This document shows, piece by piece, positions 12,430 through 25,410 of a stretch of DNA of 64,000 nucleotides. Within the stretch, counting starts at the first letter, position 1, and the number at the start of each line of letters is the position of its first letter. The stretch is from NCBI RefSeq assembly GCF_004010195.1, contig NC_057755.1, positions 2,873,498-2,937,497 on the forward strand. The letters are read 5' to 3'. The position numbers were made by a program, and so were the translations under genes. Under the pieces are notes generated by a model. The model saw only the letters and a list, made by a program, of their open reading frames with translations. It searched no databases and had not been told where the DNA came from. This DNA comes from Chiloscyllium plagiosum (lineage: Eukaryota).

Positions 12430-13032
12430 CAGAAATGGGATACCAGCGTTACCAAGCATCCATATAAAGCACATTGCTGCAGGCAATCAATATCAGAAAT
12501 GGGATACCAGCATGGTCAAGCAGCTATATAAACGACAGTGCTGCAGGCACTCAATATCACAAAGGGGACATCAGCGTGATCAAGCAGCTGTGTAAAGCAC
12601 AGTGCTGCAGCCCTCAATGTCAGAAATGGAATACCAGTATGGTCAAGCAGCTATATAAACGACAGTGCTGCAGGCACTCAATATCAGAAATGGAATATTC
12701 GCGTGATCAAGCAGCTATATAAAGAACAGTACTGCAGGCCCTCAATATCAGAAATGGGATACCAGAGTGTCTAAGCAACTACATAAAGGACAGTGCTGCA
12801 GGCCCTCAATATCAGAAATGGGATACCAGCATGACCAAGTAGCTATATAAAGCACAGTACTGCAGGCACTCAATATCAGAAATGGGATACCAGCATGACC
12901 AAGCAGCTATATAAAGCACAATGCTGCACCCCCCAATATCAAAAATGGGATACCAGCATGACCAAGCAGCTATACAAACGACAGTGCTGCAGGCCCTCAA
13001 TATCAGAAATGGATACCAGCGTGACCAAACAG
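12430..13032. repeat. 64-bp tandem repeat, ~9.5 copies
   Basis: Unit cagaaatgggataccagcatgaccaagcagctatataaagcacagtgctgcaggcactcaatat, starting at 12430, 12494, 12558, 12621, 12685, 12749... Confidence 0.95.
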
Positions 13033-13127
13033 CCCCTCATGGTTTTGTAAACCTCTATAAACCTCCATTATAAATGAATTTCAAATTATGTTTGAGGTTG
13101 AGCAAATTGGGTCTCAAACCAATGTGT

Positions 13128-13220
13128 TAAGAGTGTGATGCTGGAAAAGCACAGCAGGTCAGGCAGCATACCAGGAACAGGAGAATCAACGTTTCGTGAA
13201 TAAGCCCTTCATCAGGAATC
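13128..13220 (-). mobile_element. Solo Penelope terminal repeat with hammerhead-like core
   Basis: Reverse complement reads attcCTGATGAagggcttattcacGAAACGTTgattc. Confidence 0.75.
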
Positions 13221-13639
13221 AGAGTTGCCCTCAACTTTAACAAAAGCAATGAAAAGAGGAAGCACGATAAGAGCTGTCTAAAGCATGCTGGGATAGCAGG
13301 AAGAGGGAAGGCGGTGGATCAGCACTGGTAGACATTTTTGGAAATATTTCATAGCCCTCAGTAAATCTTGATTTCAGTCAAAAAGGAAAACTCAATGACA
13401 AGGATGAACCTCCTGTGGTTAATGAAATAATATCCAATCCCAAACAAAATTTCATAATGCCAATAAAACTCATGATTAGTAAGGAATTGGGATTTTCTTT
13501 TTTTTTAAATAAAGGAACCATTACTGCATGGCTGAAATGCTGATAACGAAGAAAAAAATAAATAATGAACATAATTTGGCACAAACATATTACCACAGCT
13601 TCTCCCAGTTTTTTTTAAGGTATAGTAACTCAGGAATTG

Positions 13640-15010
13640 TGGGCTGATTGAAGGATCAAAGTGAGGAATTAATAACGAGAGTCAGGGAAATGACAAATAA
13701 CAAATTTATACTTTGCATCAGTCTTCACCCTAGAGGAAGCTATAAACCTACCAAGGAGAGTGGTTAAAAATGCTTGCTTTTGTTGTTCAGTCCTCTGAGT
13801 TGGGAAGTCATGTTGAGGTTGTACAGGACATTGGTGAGGACACTTCTGGAGTCCTGTGTCCAATTCTCATCGCATTGCTACGGGAAGGATATTATCAAGT
13901 CAGAGAGGGTTCACAAGTGATTTATCAGGATGTTGCAGGGTATGAACGTTTTGAGTTATAAAGACTGGATACGTGGAGATTTTTTTCGCTGGAGTGTAGG
14001 CGATCGATAGGTGACTTTATGGAGTCATGATGGGTACAGATAAATAACTGGTAAGTGTCATTTTCCAATGATGTGCAATTTCAAGACTTGGGACATACTT
14101 TGAAGATGAAAGATTTAAAAATTATTTAAGGCCAATTCTTTTTCCCACAGAGGGAGCTGTGTCTGTGGAATGAACTTCCTGAGGAGGTGGAGGATGCAGA
14201 CACAGTTATAAATGTTTAAAGGACACTTAGACCAACACATGACTAGGAAAGGTTTGGAGGGATGTGAGCCAGGAGCTGGACGATGGGACTCGTTTAGTTT
14301 GGGATGATGTTCAGCATGGACTGGTTGGACAAAAGGATCTGTTTCCATGCTGTATGACGCGATGTCTCTATTATAGTTAGGAATGTGCAAAGGAGAGGAA
14401 AGATCTAATAAGTCCCTATTACAAGGGACAAAGTATTTGATCAACTAATCCGACTAAAGACAGACATCTCGCCAGGATCTGATCGTCTGTATCGAAGGGA
14501 TTAAAAACAAGTGGCTGCAGAGACAGATTGGCTTAAATATTCCTGAATTGACTAGATTCCAGAAGGGTTCCAGCAGATAGGAAAACTGCTGATGTGACGG
14601 CCAGGTTCAAGATGGACGAGAGACAGGAAACAGAAAACTGTAGGCCAGTTCTCATAAATCTGTTGCTGATGCGGGAATCCATTCTTAAGGAAGGCGGAGC
14701 TGGACATTTTGAAAAAATTAACATAATCAAAAATTTGTTTTTGGGAAAAGGAAATCATGCTTGACAAATTTGCTTTAGCTCTTTGAGGATATAACAAACC
14801 GAGTTGATAAAGGGGAATGGGAAATGTTGGGTAATTAGATTTTCAGAAGGCATTCAATAGCATATGTTATTAAAAGTTATTCCAGAAGATAGTAGTTCAC
14901 AATTTTGGTGTTCATTTGTGAGCATGAATTGATTATTAGTTCATGCATGGAAGACAGAATTAGGATTGTTGGTTTTATTTCAGATTGCACAGATATAATT
15001 AGTAGAGTGT
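13640..15010 (+). mobile_element. Old CR1 LINE fragments (3' end ~13790-14365; RT piece ~14430-15010)
   Basis: LYRTLVR..LE.CVQF segment and CR1 tail; LDFQKAF-like motif near 14835; heavily decayed. Confidence 0.75.
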
Positions 15011-15789
15011 CCTTCCCTTCCATCACTGTCGGTGTACCTGCACCAAATGGATAGCAGCATTTCAGGAAGGCAGCTCACGAACGCTTCTCTGGATCAACTA
15101 TATATGAGCAACAAATACTGCCCAACAAGAAATACCACAAACTCATGAATGAATGGCATCACCCGTTTCCCTATTTGGTGCCAGGCTTGCTGTTGCCGGT
15201 TCAAATTCTCAGGGATCAGAAAATGGAGAAGTGATCTGATTGAAATATATCAGATTGTGAAGGAGAGAGGCTTGATCCAGTAGATGCTGAGAAATTCTTC
15301 CCGTGGTCTGAGAATCTAAAACATAAGGACACAATCTCAGGATAAGGAGCAGCTTCTGTGGGACTGAAATGTAGTGAAGGCACTTTTTTCAAAGTGTCTC
15401 CAAGTCACTGATATTTTCTATCCCTGCGGATTGTGGATGCTGCCTCACTGAGTACATTTCAGATTGGAATACACAGATTGCTGGTGTCTCAGGGAATCAC
15501 AGAGTATGGTGAGGGGGCAGGATTTGAAGTTTAAAATCAGCATCTACCATACGACTGGTTAAAAAGACTGAACGGGTAGGTCTCCTCCTGCTCCAATTTT
15601 CTGGGTCCTTGTGTTCATTAATGAACCAATTACTAATCCATTAGGATTTGTTTCCAAGAAACCTTTTGTCATTTCATCTCTACAGCCGCCATCTCTCACA
15701 GACTATCCAATTCTTTCTTCAGCACTTGATGGAGCAATACAAATTTTTCTAACTACTGTCAGTGCTGCTGAAGACCCATACCTTTTTGG

Positions 15790-16105
15790 GTTGTACGGTG
15801 ACTCAGTGGTTAGCATTGCTGCCTCACAGCACCAGGATCCCAGGTTCGATTCCAGACTGGGCAACTGTCTGTGTGGAGTTTGCACATTCTCCCTGTGTCT
15901 GCGTGGGTTTCCTCCCGGTGCTCCGTTTACCTCCCACATTCCAAAGATGTGCAGGTTAGGTGAATTGGCCATGCTAAATTGCCCGTAGTTGTAGGCGCAT
16001 TAGACAGAGGGGACTAGGTCTGGGTGGGCTAACCTTTGGAGGGTTGGTATGGACTTGTTGGGCTGAAGTGTTCTGTTTACACACTGGAGGGGATTTAATT
16101 AAAAA
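15790..16105 (+). mobile_element. tRNA-derived SINE
   Basis: A/B boxes (ggtgactcagtgg, ggttcgattcc) and body matching 1631-1927. Confidence 0.85.
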
Positions 16106-16677
16106 ACCCAAACTCTCCCCTGCTCACTCCCAACGCACTGTTCCCTTCTCTCTCTGGAAGTTGTCAAATCTTGTCAGTTTCTCAACATGATCTGTTTTAC
16201 TTCCGAGGCAAGAGTCTCCCTTTCCATCTTTCTGTGACAAGATACATTTTCCAGTCCAACTCATTGATATTCTTTTCAATCATAGATAAAAGTTGTACCA
16301 CAAAGGGACATCAGAGACTTTCTGACCTTATACAATACATCAGATCGGACATGTGTACAGACAATGAAATTCCATCCTCAGTTACAAACAATGCTAAACA
16401 TTCTTGAGGAGGATGCATGGTTAATTCACCTACTATGGTAATTTCAGGCTGGTCACTCCACCTAATCTGCACATCTTTGAACAGACCCTGATCACTTCAA
16501 GTGATCCCTTGGGTTAGAGATAAGAGAGGAACTAGGGTTCCAGCTCCTGATCACTGTCCAGAGACTCCTGTGTCCAAGACAGTGTGGAAATCAGTCAGCA
16601 CTCCTGATCACTGTTCATTGATTCTCTGGGATGCAGGTAGGAGATGAATCAGGATTCCCGCTCCTGATAAAAAAGGA

Positions 16678-18656
16678 CAAAGTGAGGACTGCAGATGCTG
16701 GAGGTCAGAGCTGAAAAATGTGTTGCTGGAAAATCACAGCCGGCCAGGCAGCATCCAAGGAGCAGGAGAATCGACGTTTCGGGCATAAGCCCTTCTTCAG
16801 GAATGTGGAGGGTGTGCCGAGCAGGCTAAGATAAACGGTAGAGAGGAGGAACTTCGGGGAGGGCCGTTGGGAATGTGATAGGTGGAAGGAGGTTAAGATG
16901 AGGGTGATAGACCGGAGAGGGGGTGGGGGCAGAGAGGTCGGGAAGAAGATTGCAGGTCAAGAAGGCGGTGCTGATTCCGAGGGTTGGGACTGAGATAAGG
17001 TGGGGGGGAGGGGAAATGAGAAAGCTGGAGAAATCTGTATTCATCCCTTGTGGTTGGAGGGTTTCTAGGCGGAAGGTGAGGCGCTCTTCCTCCAGGCATC
17101 GTGTTGCCATGGTCTGGCGAATGACCTGCATGTCCTTTGGCGGAGTGGGAGGGGGAGTTAAAGTGTTCAGCCACGGGGCAGTTGGGTTGTTTGGTGTCCC
17201 AGAGGTGTTCTCTGAAACGTTCCGCAAGTAGGCGGCCTGTCTCCCCAATGTAGAGGAGGCCACATCGGGTGCAGCGGATGCAGTATACAATGTGTGTGGA
17301 GGTGCAGGTGAATTTCTGACGGATATGGAAAGATACCTTGGGGCCTTGGAGGGAAGTGATGGGGGAGGTGTGGGCGCAAGTTTTGCATTTCTTGAGGTTG
17401 CAGGGGAAGGTGCCGGGAGTGGACGCAGGGTTGTTGGAGGGTGTGGACCTGACGATGGAGTCGCGGAGGGAGTGGTCATACCGGAACGCTGATAGGGGAG
17501 GGGAGGGAAATATATCCTTGGTGGTGAGGTCTGTTTGGAGGTGGTGAAAATGACGAAGGATGATATTATGTATCTGGAGGTTGGTGGGGTGGTAGGTGAG
17601 GACCAGTGGGGTTCTGTCCTGGTGGCGATTGGAGGGGCAGGGTTCAAGCGCGGAGGAGCAGGAAGAGGAGGAGATGCGGTGGAGAGCATCGTCAACCACG
17701 TCTGAGGGGAAATTGCGGTATTTGAAGAAGGAGGCCATCTGGGTTGTTAGGTGTTGGAATTGGTCCTCCTGGGAGCAGATGCGGCGGAAGCGAAGGAATT
17801 GGGTATATAGGATGGCGTTTTTACAGGGGGCGGGGGGGGAGGATGTGTAATCTAGGTAGCTGTGGAAGTCAGTCGGTTATTGTAAACGTCCGTGTTGAGT
17901 CGGTTGCCTGAGATAGAAATGGAGAGGTCTAGGATAGGGAGGGAGGAGTCTGAGACGGTCCAGGTAAATTTGGGGTCGGGGTGGAAGGTGTTAGTAAAGT
18001 GGATGAACTGTTCAACCTCCTCATGGGAGCACGAGGTAGCGCCGATACAGTCATCGATGTAGCGGAAGAAAAGGTGGGGGGTGGTACCAGTGTAGCTGCA
18101 GAAGATGGACTGCTCCACATATCCGATGAAGAGTTAGGCATAGATGGGGCCCATGCGGGTGCCCATGGCTACTCCTTTGGTTTCCACGATGTGGGAGGAT
18201 TGGAAAGAGAAGAGTGAGGACCAGTTCAGTCAGTCAAAGGAGGGTGTCAGTGGAAGGATACTGTTTGGTTCGGCGGGAAAGTAAGAAGCAGAGGGCTTTG
18301 AGGCCTTCGTGATGGGGGATGGAGGTGTGTAGGGACTGGATGTCCATGGTGAAGTTAAGGCGTTGGGTGCCGGGGAAGCGAAAATCATGGAGGAGGTGGA
18401 GGGTGTGGGTGGTGTCCCGAACGTAGGTGGGGAGTTCTTGGACTAAGGGGGACAGGACCATGTCGTGGTATGCAGAGATGAGTTCGGTGGGGCAGGAGCA
18501 GGCTGAGACAATGGGTCGCCCGGGGCAGTCAGATTTGTGGATTTTCGGCAGGAGGTAGAAACGGGTGGTGCGGGGTTGTGGGACTATGAGGTTGGAGGCG
18601 GTGGATGGGAGATCCCCTGAGGTGATGAGGTTATGGATGGTCTGGGAGATGATGGT
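16678..18656 (-). mobile_element. Penelope-like retroelement, 5'-truncated (RT, GIY-YIG endonuclease, terminal repeat)
   Basis: FYLLPKIHK..PGRPIVS, TMDIQSLHT, FFRYIDDCIG, IVYCIRCTRCGLLYIGETGRLLAERFREH; frameshifted. Confidence 0.92.
16768..16804 (-). ncRNA. Minimal type I hammerhead ribozyme motif (family A)
   Basis: attc-CTGAAGA-a-gggc/ttat/gccc-GAA-ACGT-C-gatt; complete core, stem I imperfect. Confidence 0.7.
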
Positions 18657-18836
18657 CCACCCACGCCCTCTACCTCCTCCATGATTTTTGCTTCCCTTCT
18701 CCAAAGAAATCAGGGCAGACAGCATGATTAAAATCACAGTGACAGTTCTCACCGTGCAGTTGTTTGATTTAAACTTTCACAAAGTTTCAGAAAGAGTTAG
18801 AAAACATGAGGGAATTTCCTAATTCTTCATGAAAGA

Positions 18837-20260
18837 ATGGTAACAATTCTACATATAAAGAACATTTGCCATGCTGTTATTGCAGCCTTTGGTGTTCTTG
18901 GTAAGACAATGTCATTTTTCTTCATGGAGAGTGAATATTATGGTGTTCATGTCAGGTTTCAGAAATAGTCCTCATTGCAGAATCGCTTATCCATCAGATG
19001 GAACTGGGGAAGACAGACTCGGTAATGCACATTTACTGAACAGCTCCTCCAGGATGAGTATCAGCAAAGAAAATCAACTCTTGGATGTTAATGCAATGTT
19101 TGTGTCCAAATGGAATGATTTGTTGGAATCAAGGAATGTTTCGCAATTATCTGGAAATGATTTAGACATAGCCATCAATGAAATATCAAGTTTGTTGGAA
19201 GAGCATAGAAATTAAATCTTCAATATTGTTTTGTCCTCAATTAAATTGTCAGTGCCATTGGTCTACATTATAAAAACAAATCCTTGGAAAACTTGATGTA
19301 AGGTCGCCTCTGACTATAACCCAAACATTTACTGTTCATTTCTTTATGGAATTCCACTTCTAATCTCTTCTCTCTTCCTCTTACAGCAAACTTACTGACC
19401 ATCATCATTCTCTCCGGTGGAAATTGTGGACTTTCTAAACTTATCTTGGCTTACATGATTGCCATGGCAACTGCAGATTTCCTGGTGATATTTTTCAATG
19501 TCATTGTGTATCACTTTTTGAGTTATCACTTTCCACATTCATTTCTATCCTACACTGCTGTTTGTAAGTTCAGTCTGTGCATTAATCCTGCCACATTGAA
19601 TATGTCTGTGTGGTTCACTGTCTTCTTTACAATTGACCAGTTTGTAGTGATCAGTTGTCAGACGTTTAAATCAAACAACTGCATGGTGAGAACTGTCACT
19701 GTGATTTTAACCACACTGTCTGCCCTGATTTCTTTGGAGAACATACCCTTTCGATTTGCCTATGAGCCAGCTGAATAATTTCCAGCATTGCCTGGGGTTG
19801 TCGCTCCAATATGGCCTTTTATACATCGCCTGCAGGTGAGACCTATTTTAGTTGCATAGCTGCCTTTTTGTTTGATATTACTGTTTAACTCTTTGACGTT
19901 CCAGCGTATTTTAGTGATCAGCAAAGTCCGCAGTGCACTGTGGCGTGTAAGCAACAAGAATAGCACTGACCCAGAGATGAAAAACAGAAGGATATCCATT
20001 CTGTTACTGTATCAGGCAGTTTTGTCCTATTGTGGCTAACAGCAATCGTTAACTTTTTAACCAGCAAACTCACAACAACAGCGTATTACCGAGAGGATCA
20101 CACAGCTCCAACATATTTTGCCACTGAATCTGGGTACATCCTTATGTATGTGAGTTCCTGTACAAACCCATATATTTATGTAGCTACACAAACCAAATTC
20201 AGGAAGGAGATGAAGAAGATGATGAAATCTCATTTCCTTTTGAGCTTGACTTTGGTTTAA
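18837..20260 (+). pseudogene. Two-exon GPCR pseudogene (exon 1 18837-18900; exon 2 19387-20260), divergent subfamily
   Basis: Exon 1 MVTILHIKNICHAVIAAFGVL G|gtaaga; acceptor cttacag|CAAAC; AMATADFL, SVWFTV..DQF, DPEM..RRISI, SSCTNPYIY; frameshifts near 19775, ~19850 and ~20010. Confidence 0.9.
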
Positions 20261-21596
20261 AAAGAGTTAAGCCAAAACTTTCTTCCTAAACTAAGTAATT
20301 ATCAATCTGTGTTCTCACTCAGAATCGACTATTATGATGTGGCTGAGGATTACACTTGTGAAAATTAAACGTTCTCAAAATACATATTTTCATGCTGTAC
20401 GCCTGCTCATTTTTCTGGGTGAAATAGTCGTCATGTTGTTTACCCTGCGTCCAGTCAAATCATTGTCACTATTCTACCTGCCAGGGCTAATATCACAACA
20501 ACCTCTTTTCATTCAGCAGCATCGCTGTTTTAATCCAGAACAGTAGTTTACCCTCTGAATTGCACAGCCTCACATCCATTTCCCAGATGGACGGTTCTGC
20601 CAGTTTCTGACCTGAACCTTCTGTGAGAGGGTTGGTTAGCTGGTCAGCTGGTTTATGATACACAGTGGTGTCAACAGTATGGGTTCAATCCCTGTCACTG
20701 ACTGAGGTTTAATCCCTCTCACTGACTGAGATTACCACAAAGGAGTCTTCTCCTCAACGCAGGGATGGGAACCAGAATCAGGAAATAATGTCTGTGTCAG
20801 TCTCACCGTTATAGTTGAGGAAAACATTGCTACACTGCCTTTTTTAAGGAGGTTGGTGTAAGATATTTCGAAATGAAGTAAAGCCAGCAGTGTTTTATGA
20901 AAAGCCAAACATGATGACCAATTAGATAATAACCTATGAGGATAAATCAAGCCGGATGGATAAAGGGTGGCCTGCACATGGGGCGTATTTGAATTTCTAA
21001 AGGACATTTATAATGTTACAGCCCGTTCTCAAAGCACATGATGATGGGTTAATATGCTCGTTTAGAGCGAGAATTGAGCCATGATGAGGAACAGATTGAG
21101 GAAAAATGGGTCATTTGCAGATCCTTAAAATGTAACGAGAGATCAATGTTGGTACATTCATAATCACAAACTGTACTCACACTGATACAGAGTCAAGAAG
21201 GAAATTGGTGAGTTGAACAATAAGAGTCTCCATCAGGAACATTTAGTTAAGGTAAGTCAACAAAAAATAGCAGATGGAGTATAATATTAAGCATTGCCCA
21301 TCTCGTATTCAGCATGGACAAGCAAAATATTCATTAACTAAAGATGACCGGAGAACGTTGAGATAAAGAGTAGTCTGGGTGGGCACAGAAATAAAAAAAA
21401 ATAATAATTATTGGACAAGTACATCAAACAATTATGAAGGATAAATATCGTGGGAAGCAGTCAATGAAGTGCTCTGAAATACAATCAGCAACAATGGTTG
21501 ACACAGTATTTCAGCTGGTACAATACAAACAAATAGCCACAAGATGGCCTACTCGCACTTTCCTTGGATAACATGGGGTCTTGCCAAAAATATGTA

Positions 21597-21825
21597 GAAT
21601 CATAGTCATACATGTTTAGCACGGAAACAGATCCTTTGGTCCAACTCGGCAATACTGACCACATATCCCAACCCAATCTAGTCCCACCTGCCAGCACCTG
21701 GCCAATATCCCTCCAAACCCTTCCTATTTATATCCCCACCAAGATGCCTTTTAAATGTTGCAATTGCACAAGCCTCAACCACATCCTGTGGCAGCTTATT
21801 CCATACACGTACCACCCTCTGTGTG
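21597..21825 (-). mobile_element. CR1 LINE 3' end
   Basis: Tail matches other CR1 3' ends in the window (41126-41400, 38515-38760). Confidence 0.8.
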
Positions 21826-22266
21826 GGTTAAAACATCTATTGATTCAGGCTTATGCAATTAATATGTAGTTACATTGCTGATTTAATGATATTCTATAAA
21901 TAAAATGTTTTATGATTTATGCAGAAAAGTTAATTTTCAATAGTGCTTGCTTTCTTATGGGTATAATCTTAATCTCTTTATTTCCAAGGTTGGGTCAGAC
22001 AGTCATACATAATAATTGTCACTCTGTTAATTATAAATTGCTCTAAGTAATGATTTTGTAGCCAACTACCGCTTTTGCTGTTTGAATTCATGTATCGTTT
22101 GACATCAGGTATGCGTCCAGGGAAACTTAACAAACAGTGAAATTCATAACTGATCTTGGAGGAATCTGTATGGGAGAGGTTACAGCACAGGAACTGATAA
22201 GTGAATAGTTTTAATTATAGCCTTACTGTAAAACTATAACAAGAGTATAGTGGGTTTTTTCCTGCT

Positions 22267-22424
22267 TAGCTACATAAATATATGGGTTTGTACAGGAACT
22301 CACATACATAAGGATGTACCCAGATTCAGTGGCAAAATATGTTGGAGCTGTGTGATCCTCTCGGTAATACGCTGTTGTTGTGAGTTTGCTGGTTAAAAAG
22401 TTAACGATTGCTGTTAGCCACAAT
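22267..22424 (-). repeat. 158-bp inverted copy of GPCR pseudogene 20029-20186
   Basis: Reverse complement matches; same peptide WLTAIVNF...NPYIYVA in the ORF track. Confidence 0.95.
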
Positions 22425-22619
22425 CAAGTTTTATTGAGATCTGTCTCTTGATAAAGCCTTTAAAATAAAAGCCACAAGTATGACGTTAGCCTGGAGCAGT
22501 GTTCTGTAGAACAATAAGATGGTGCTATTTTCTGGGCCTGTAAATGTGGGCATTTCAAGAGATTCTATGTGTTACTGAGGATTAAATCTGCAATAAATGT
22601 CTTTGGTTTTGAATCATAT

Positions 22620-25410
22620 CAGATCGAATAGATAGGTCAGAGCGACAGTTAAATGCAATGAGGCATTTACAAGAGCAAGGGGGTGTGATGGATGGAAATT
22701 AAAGGAAGGGAGAAAAGCCACATATACAGTCAGATAGATGGGTTAATTTCAGGAAAGGTAAGAGAGGTAGGCAGGAAGTGTAGGAGCCTTTTGTGGTTCT
22801 TCCCCATCTCAAACAAGAATGCTGCTTTGGAAAACGTTGGGAGGGATAGATTCTCAGGGGAATGTTCCACGACTCAGTTTCTGGTATTGAGACTAGCTCT
22901 AATATAATGAGGAGTACGTCAGGTGCCCTAACACATGCGATCGATTGTGTTTAGGGATTCTCGAGGAAGAGGCATCGACAGATGTTTCTGTGGTAAGCAG
23001 CGAAAAATCAGAATAGGGTGTTGTCTCCCTGGTGCCAGTGTCAAGGATATCTCAGAGAGCGTGCAGAATGTTCTCAAAGGGGAGAGGGATTATCAGGAGG
23101 TCATTGTACACATTGGAACCAAGGACATAGGATGGGGAAATGATGAGATTCTGAAGGGGGAATATCAAAAGTTAGGTGGAAATTTAAAAAGGAGGTCCTT
23201 GAGGCTAGTAATATCTGGATTACTCCCGTGTTCAAAACTAGTTAAGGGTAGGAATAGGAGGATAGATTAGATGAATGCATGGCTGAGGATCTGGTGTATG
23301 GGAGACAGATTCACATTTTTAAATCGTTGGAATCTCTTCTGGGGTAGAAGTGACCTATACAAGAAGGACGGATTGCACCTGATCTGGAAGGGGACTAATA
23401 CACTGGCAGGGAGATTCGCAAGAGCTGCTCGGGAGGATTTAAACTGGTGAGGTGGATGGATGGGACCCAGGGAGATAATGAGGAAAGAGATCAATCTAAG
23501 ACTGGCAATGTTGAGAAAAGAAGTGAGTCAAACAGTCAGGGACAAAGCAGAGAACAACGTAGGATTGATAACTTAAACTGTATTTATTTCAGTGCAAGAG
23601 GCCAAACAGGGAAGGCAGATGGACTCAGAGCATGGTTAGAATCATGAGACTGGGAAATCATAGCAATTACAGAAACATGGCGCTGGGATGGACCGGGATG
23701 GCAGCTTAATGTTCCAAGATACAAAGGTTATAGGAAGGGTAGATTAGATTAGATTACTTACAGTGTGGAAACAGGCCCTTCGGCCCAACAAGTCGACACC
23801 GAAGCACAACCCACCCAGTACCCTACATTTATCCCTTTACCTAACACTACAGGCAATTTAGCATGGCCAATTCCCCTGACCAGCACATCTTTGGACTGTG
23901 GGAGGAAACCGGACCACCCGGAGGAAACCCACGCAGACACGGGGAGAATGTTCAAACTCCACGCAGTTAGTCGCCTGAGTCGGGTATTGAACCCGGGTCT
24001 CTGGCGCTGTGCGGCAGCAGTGCTAACCACTGTGCCACCGTGCCGCCCACAAATAGACAGAAAGGGAGATAAGAGAGGAGGGGGGATGATGTTTTTGATA
24101 AGGGATTGTGTTACAGTGGTGCTGAGGGAGGATATTCCTGGAAATATATACAGACATATTGCTTGGGTGGAACTGAAAAATAAGAAAGGTAAGATCACCT
24201 TATTGGGATTGTATTATAGACCCCCCTATTAGTCAGTGGGAAATTGAGAAACAAATTTAGAAGGAGATTTCAGTTATCTGTAAGAATAATAGGGTGGTTA
24301 TGGGATAGTGGATTTTAACTTTCCAAACATAGACTGTAAGTGCCATCGTGTTAAGGGTTTAGATGAAGGAGAGGAATTTGTTAAGTATGCACAAGAACAT
24401 TTTCTGATTCAATATGCGGATATACCTACGAGAGACGGTGCAAAACCTGACTTACTCTTGGGAAGTAAGGCAGGGCAGGTGACTGTGGTGTCAGTTGGGG
24501 AGCACATTGGAGTCAGCGACAAACATTCTATTTATAATTGTCTAGAAAACAATAGTTTGATTGGGAATAGCCAACAAGTAAGTTTTGTGAAGAACTTACT
24601 GAGTTCTTTGAGAAGGTGACCAAACAGATGCATGGGGTAAAGTGGTTGATGTGGTGTATATGCATTTCAATAATGCTTTTGATAATATTCCCCACGGTAA
24701 GTTATTGTAGAACATACAGAGATATGAAATTGAGGGCGATTTAGCGGTTTGAATCAGAAACTGGCTAACTGAAAGAAGACGGAATGGTGATTGATGGGAA
24801 ATGTTCATCCTGGAGTTCAGTTACTAGTGGTGTACCGCATGGATCTGTTTTGCGGCCACTACTTTTTGTCATTTTTATAAATGACCTGGATGAGGGCGCA
24901 TAAGGATAGGCTAGTAAATTTGTGGATGACACTCAAGTTGGTAGAATTGTGGATAGTGCTAAAGAATGTTGCAGGTTACAGAGGGACAACGATAACCTGC
25001 AGAGCTGGGCTGAGACGTAGTAAATGGGGTTTAATGCAGAAAAGTGTGAGGTGATTGACTTTGGAAGCAGTAACAGGAATGCAGAGTACTGGTTAATGGT
25101 AAGATTATTGGTAGTGTGGATGAGCAGAGAGATCTCAGTGTTAATGTATATAGATCCCTGAAAGTTGCCACCCAAGATGATTGGGTTGTGAAGAAGGCAT
25201 CCAGTGTGTTAGCTTTTATTTGTGGAGGGACTGAGTTTCAGAGCCATGAGGTCATGTTGCAGCTGTACAAAACTCTGATGCAGATGCACTTTGAGTATTG
25301 CGCATTATAGGATGTATGTGGAAGCGTTGGAAAGGGTGAAGAGTAGATTTACCAGGATGGTGCCTGGTATGGATGGAAGGTCTTATGAGGAAAGGCTGAG
25401 GCACTTGAGG
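22620..25410 (+). mobile_element. CR1 LINE (ORF1 esterase, endonuclease, internally deleted RT), runs into a gap
   Basis: CCLPGASVKDI..VIVHIGTKDIG (ORF1); LLGLYYRPP, DFNFPNID (APE); FVDDTQ-type RT motif near 24920. Confidence 0.9.
23740..24050 (-). mobile_element. tRNA-derived SINE nested in CR1 endonuclease
   Basis: Same family as 1631-1927; the LINE resumes at ...tagacagaaagggag. Confidence 0.88.

Noticed and set aside
11569..12531. 320-aa Pro/Ser-rich ORF (also 16826-17695)
   Set aside because: Alternative frames of C-rich Penelope sequence; the RT/GIY-YIG frames explain the region.
12430..13032. CRISPR-like regular array
   Set aside because: Whole units repeat with no unique spacers, there are no cas genes, and the context is vertebrate; same for 26135-28718 and 49736-50105.
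20630..20710. Possible tRNA gene
   Set aside because: A B-box-like ggttcaatccc is present but I could not fold a cloverleaf; probably a decayed SINE head, like the other tRNA-like motifs here.
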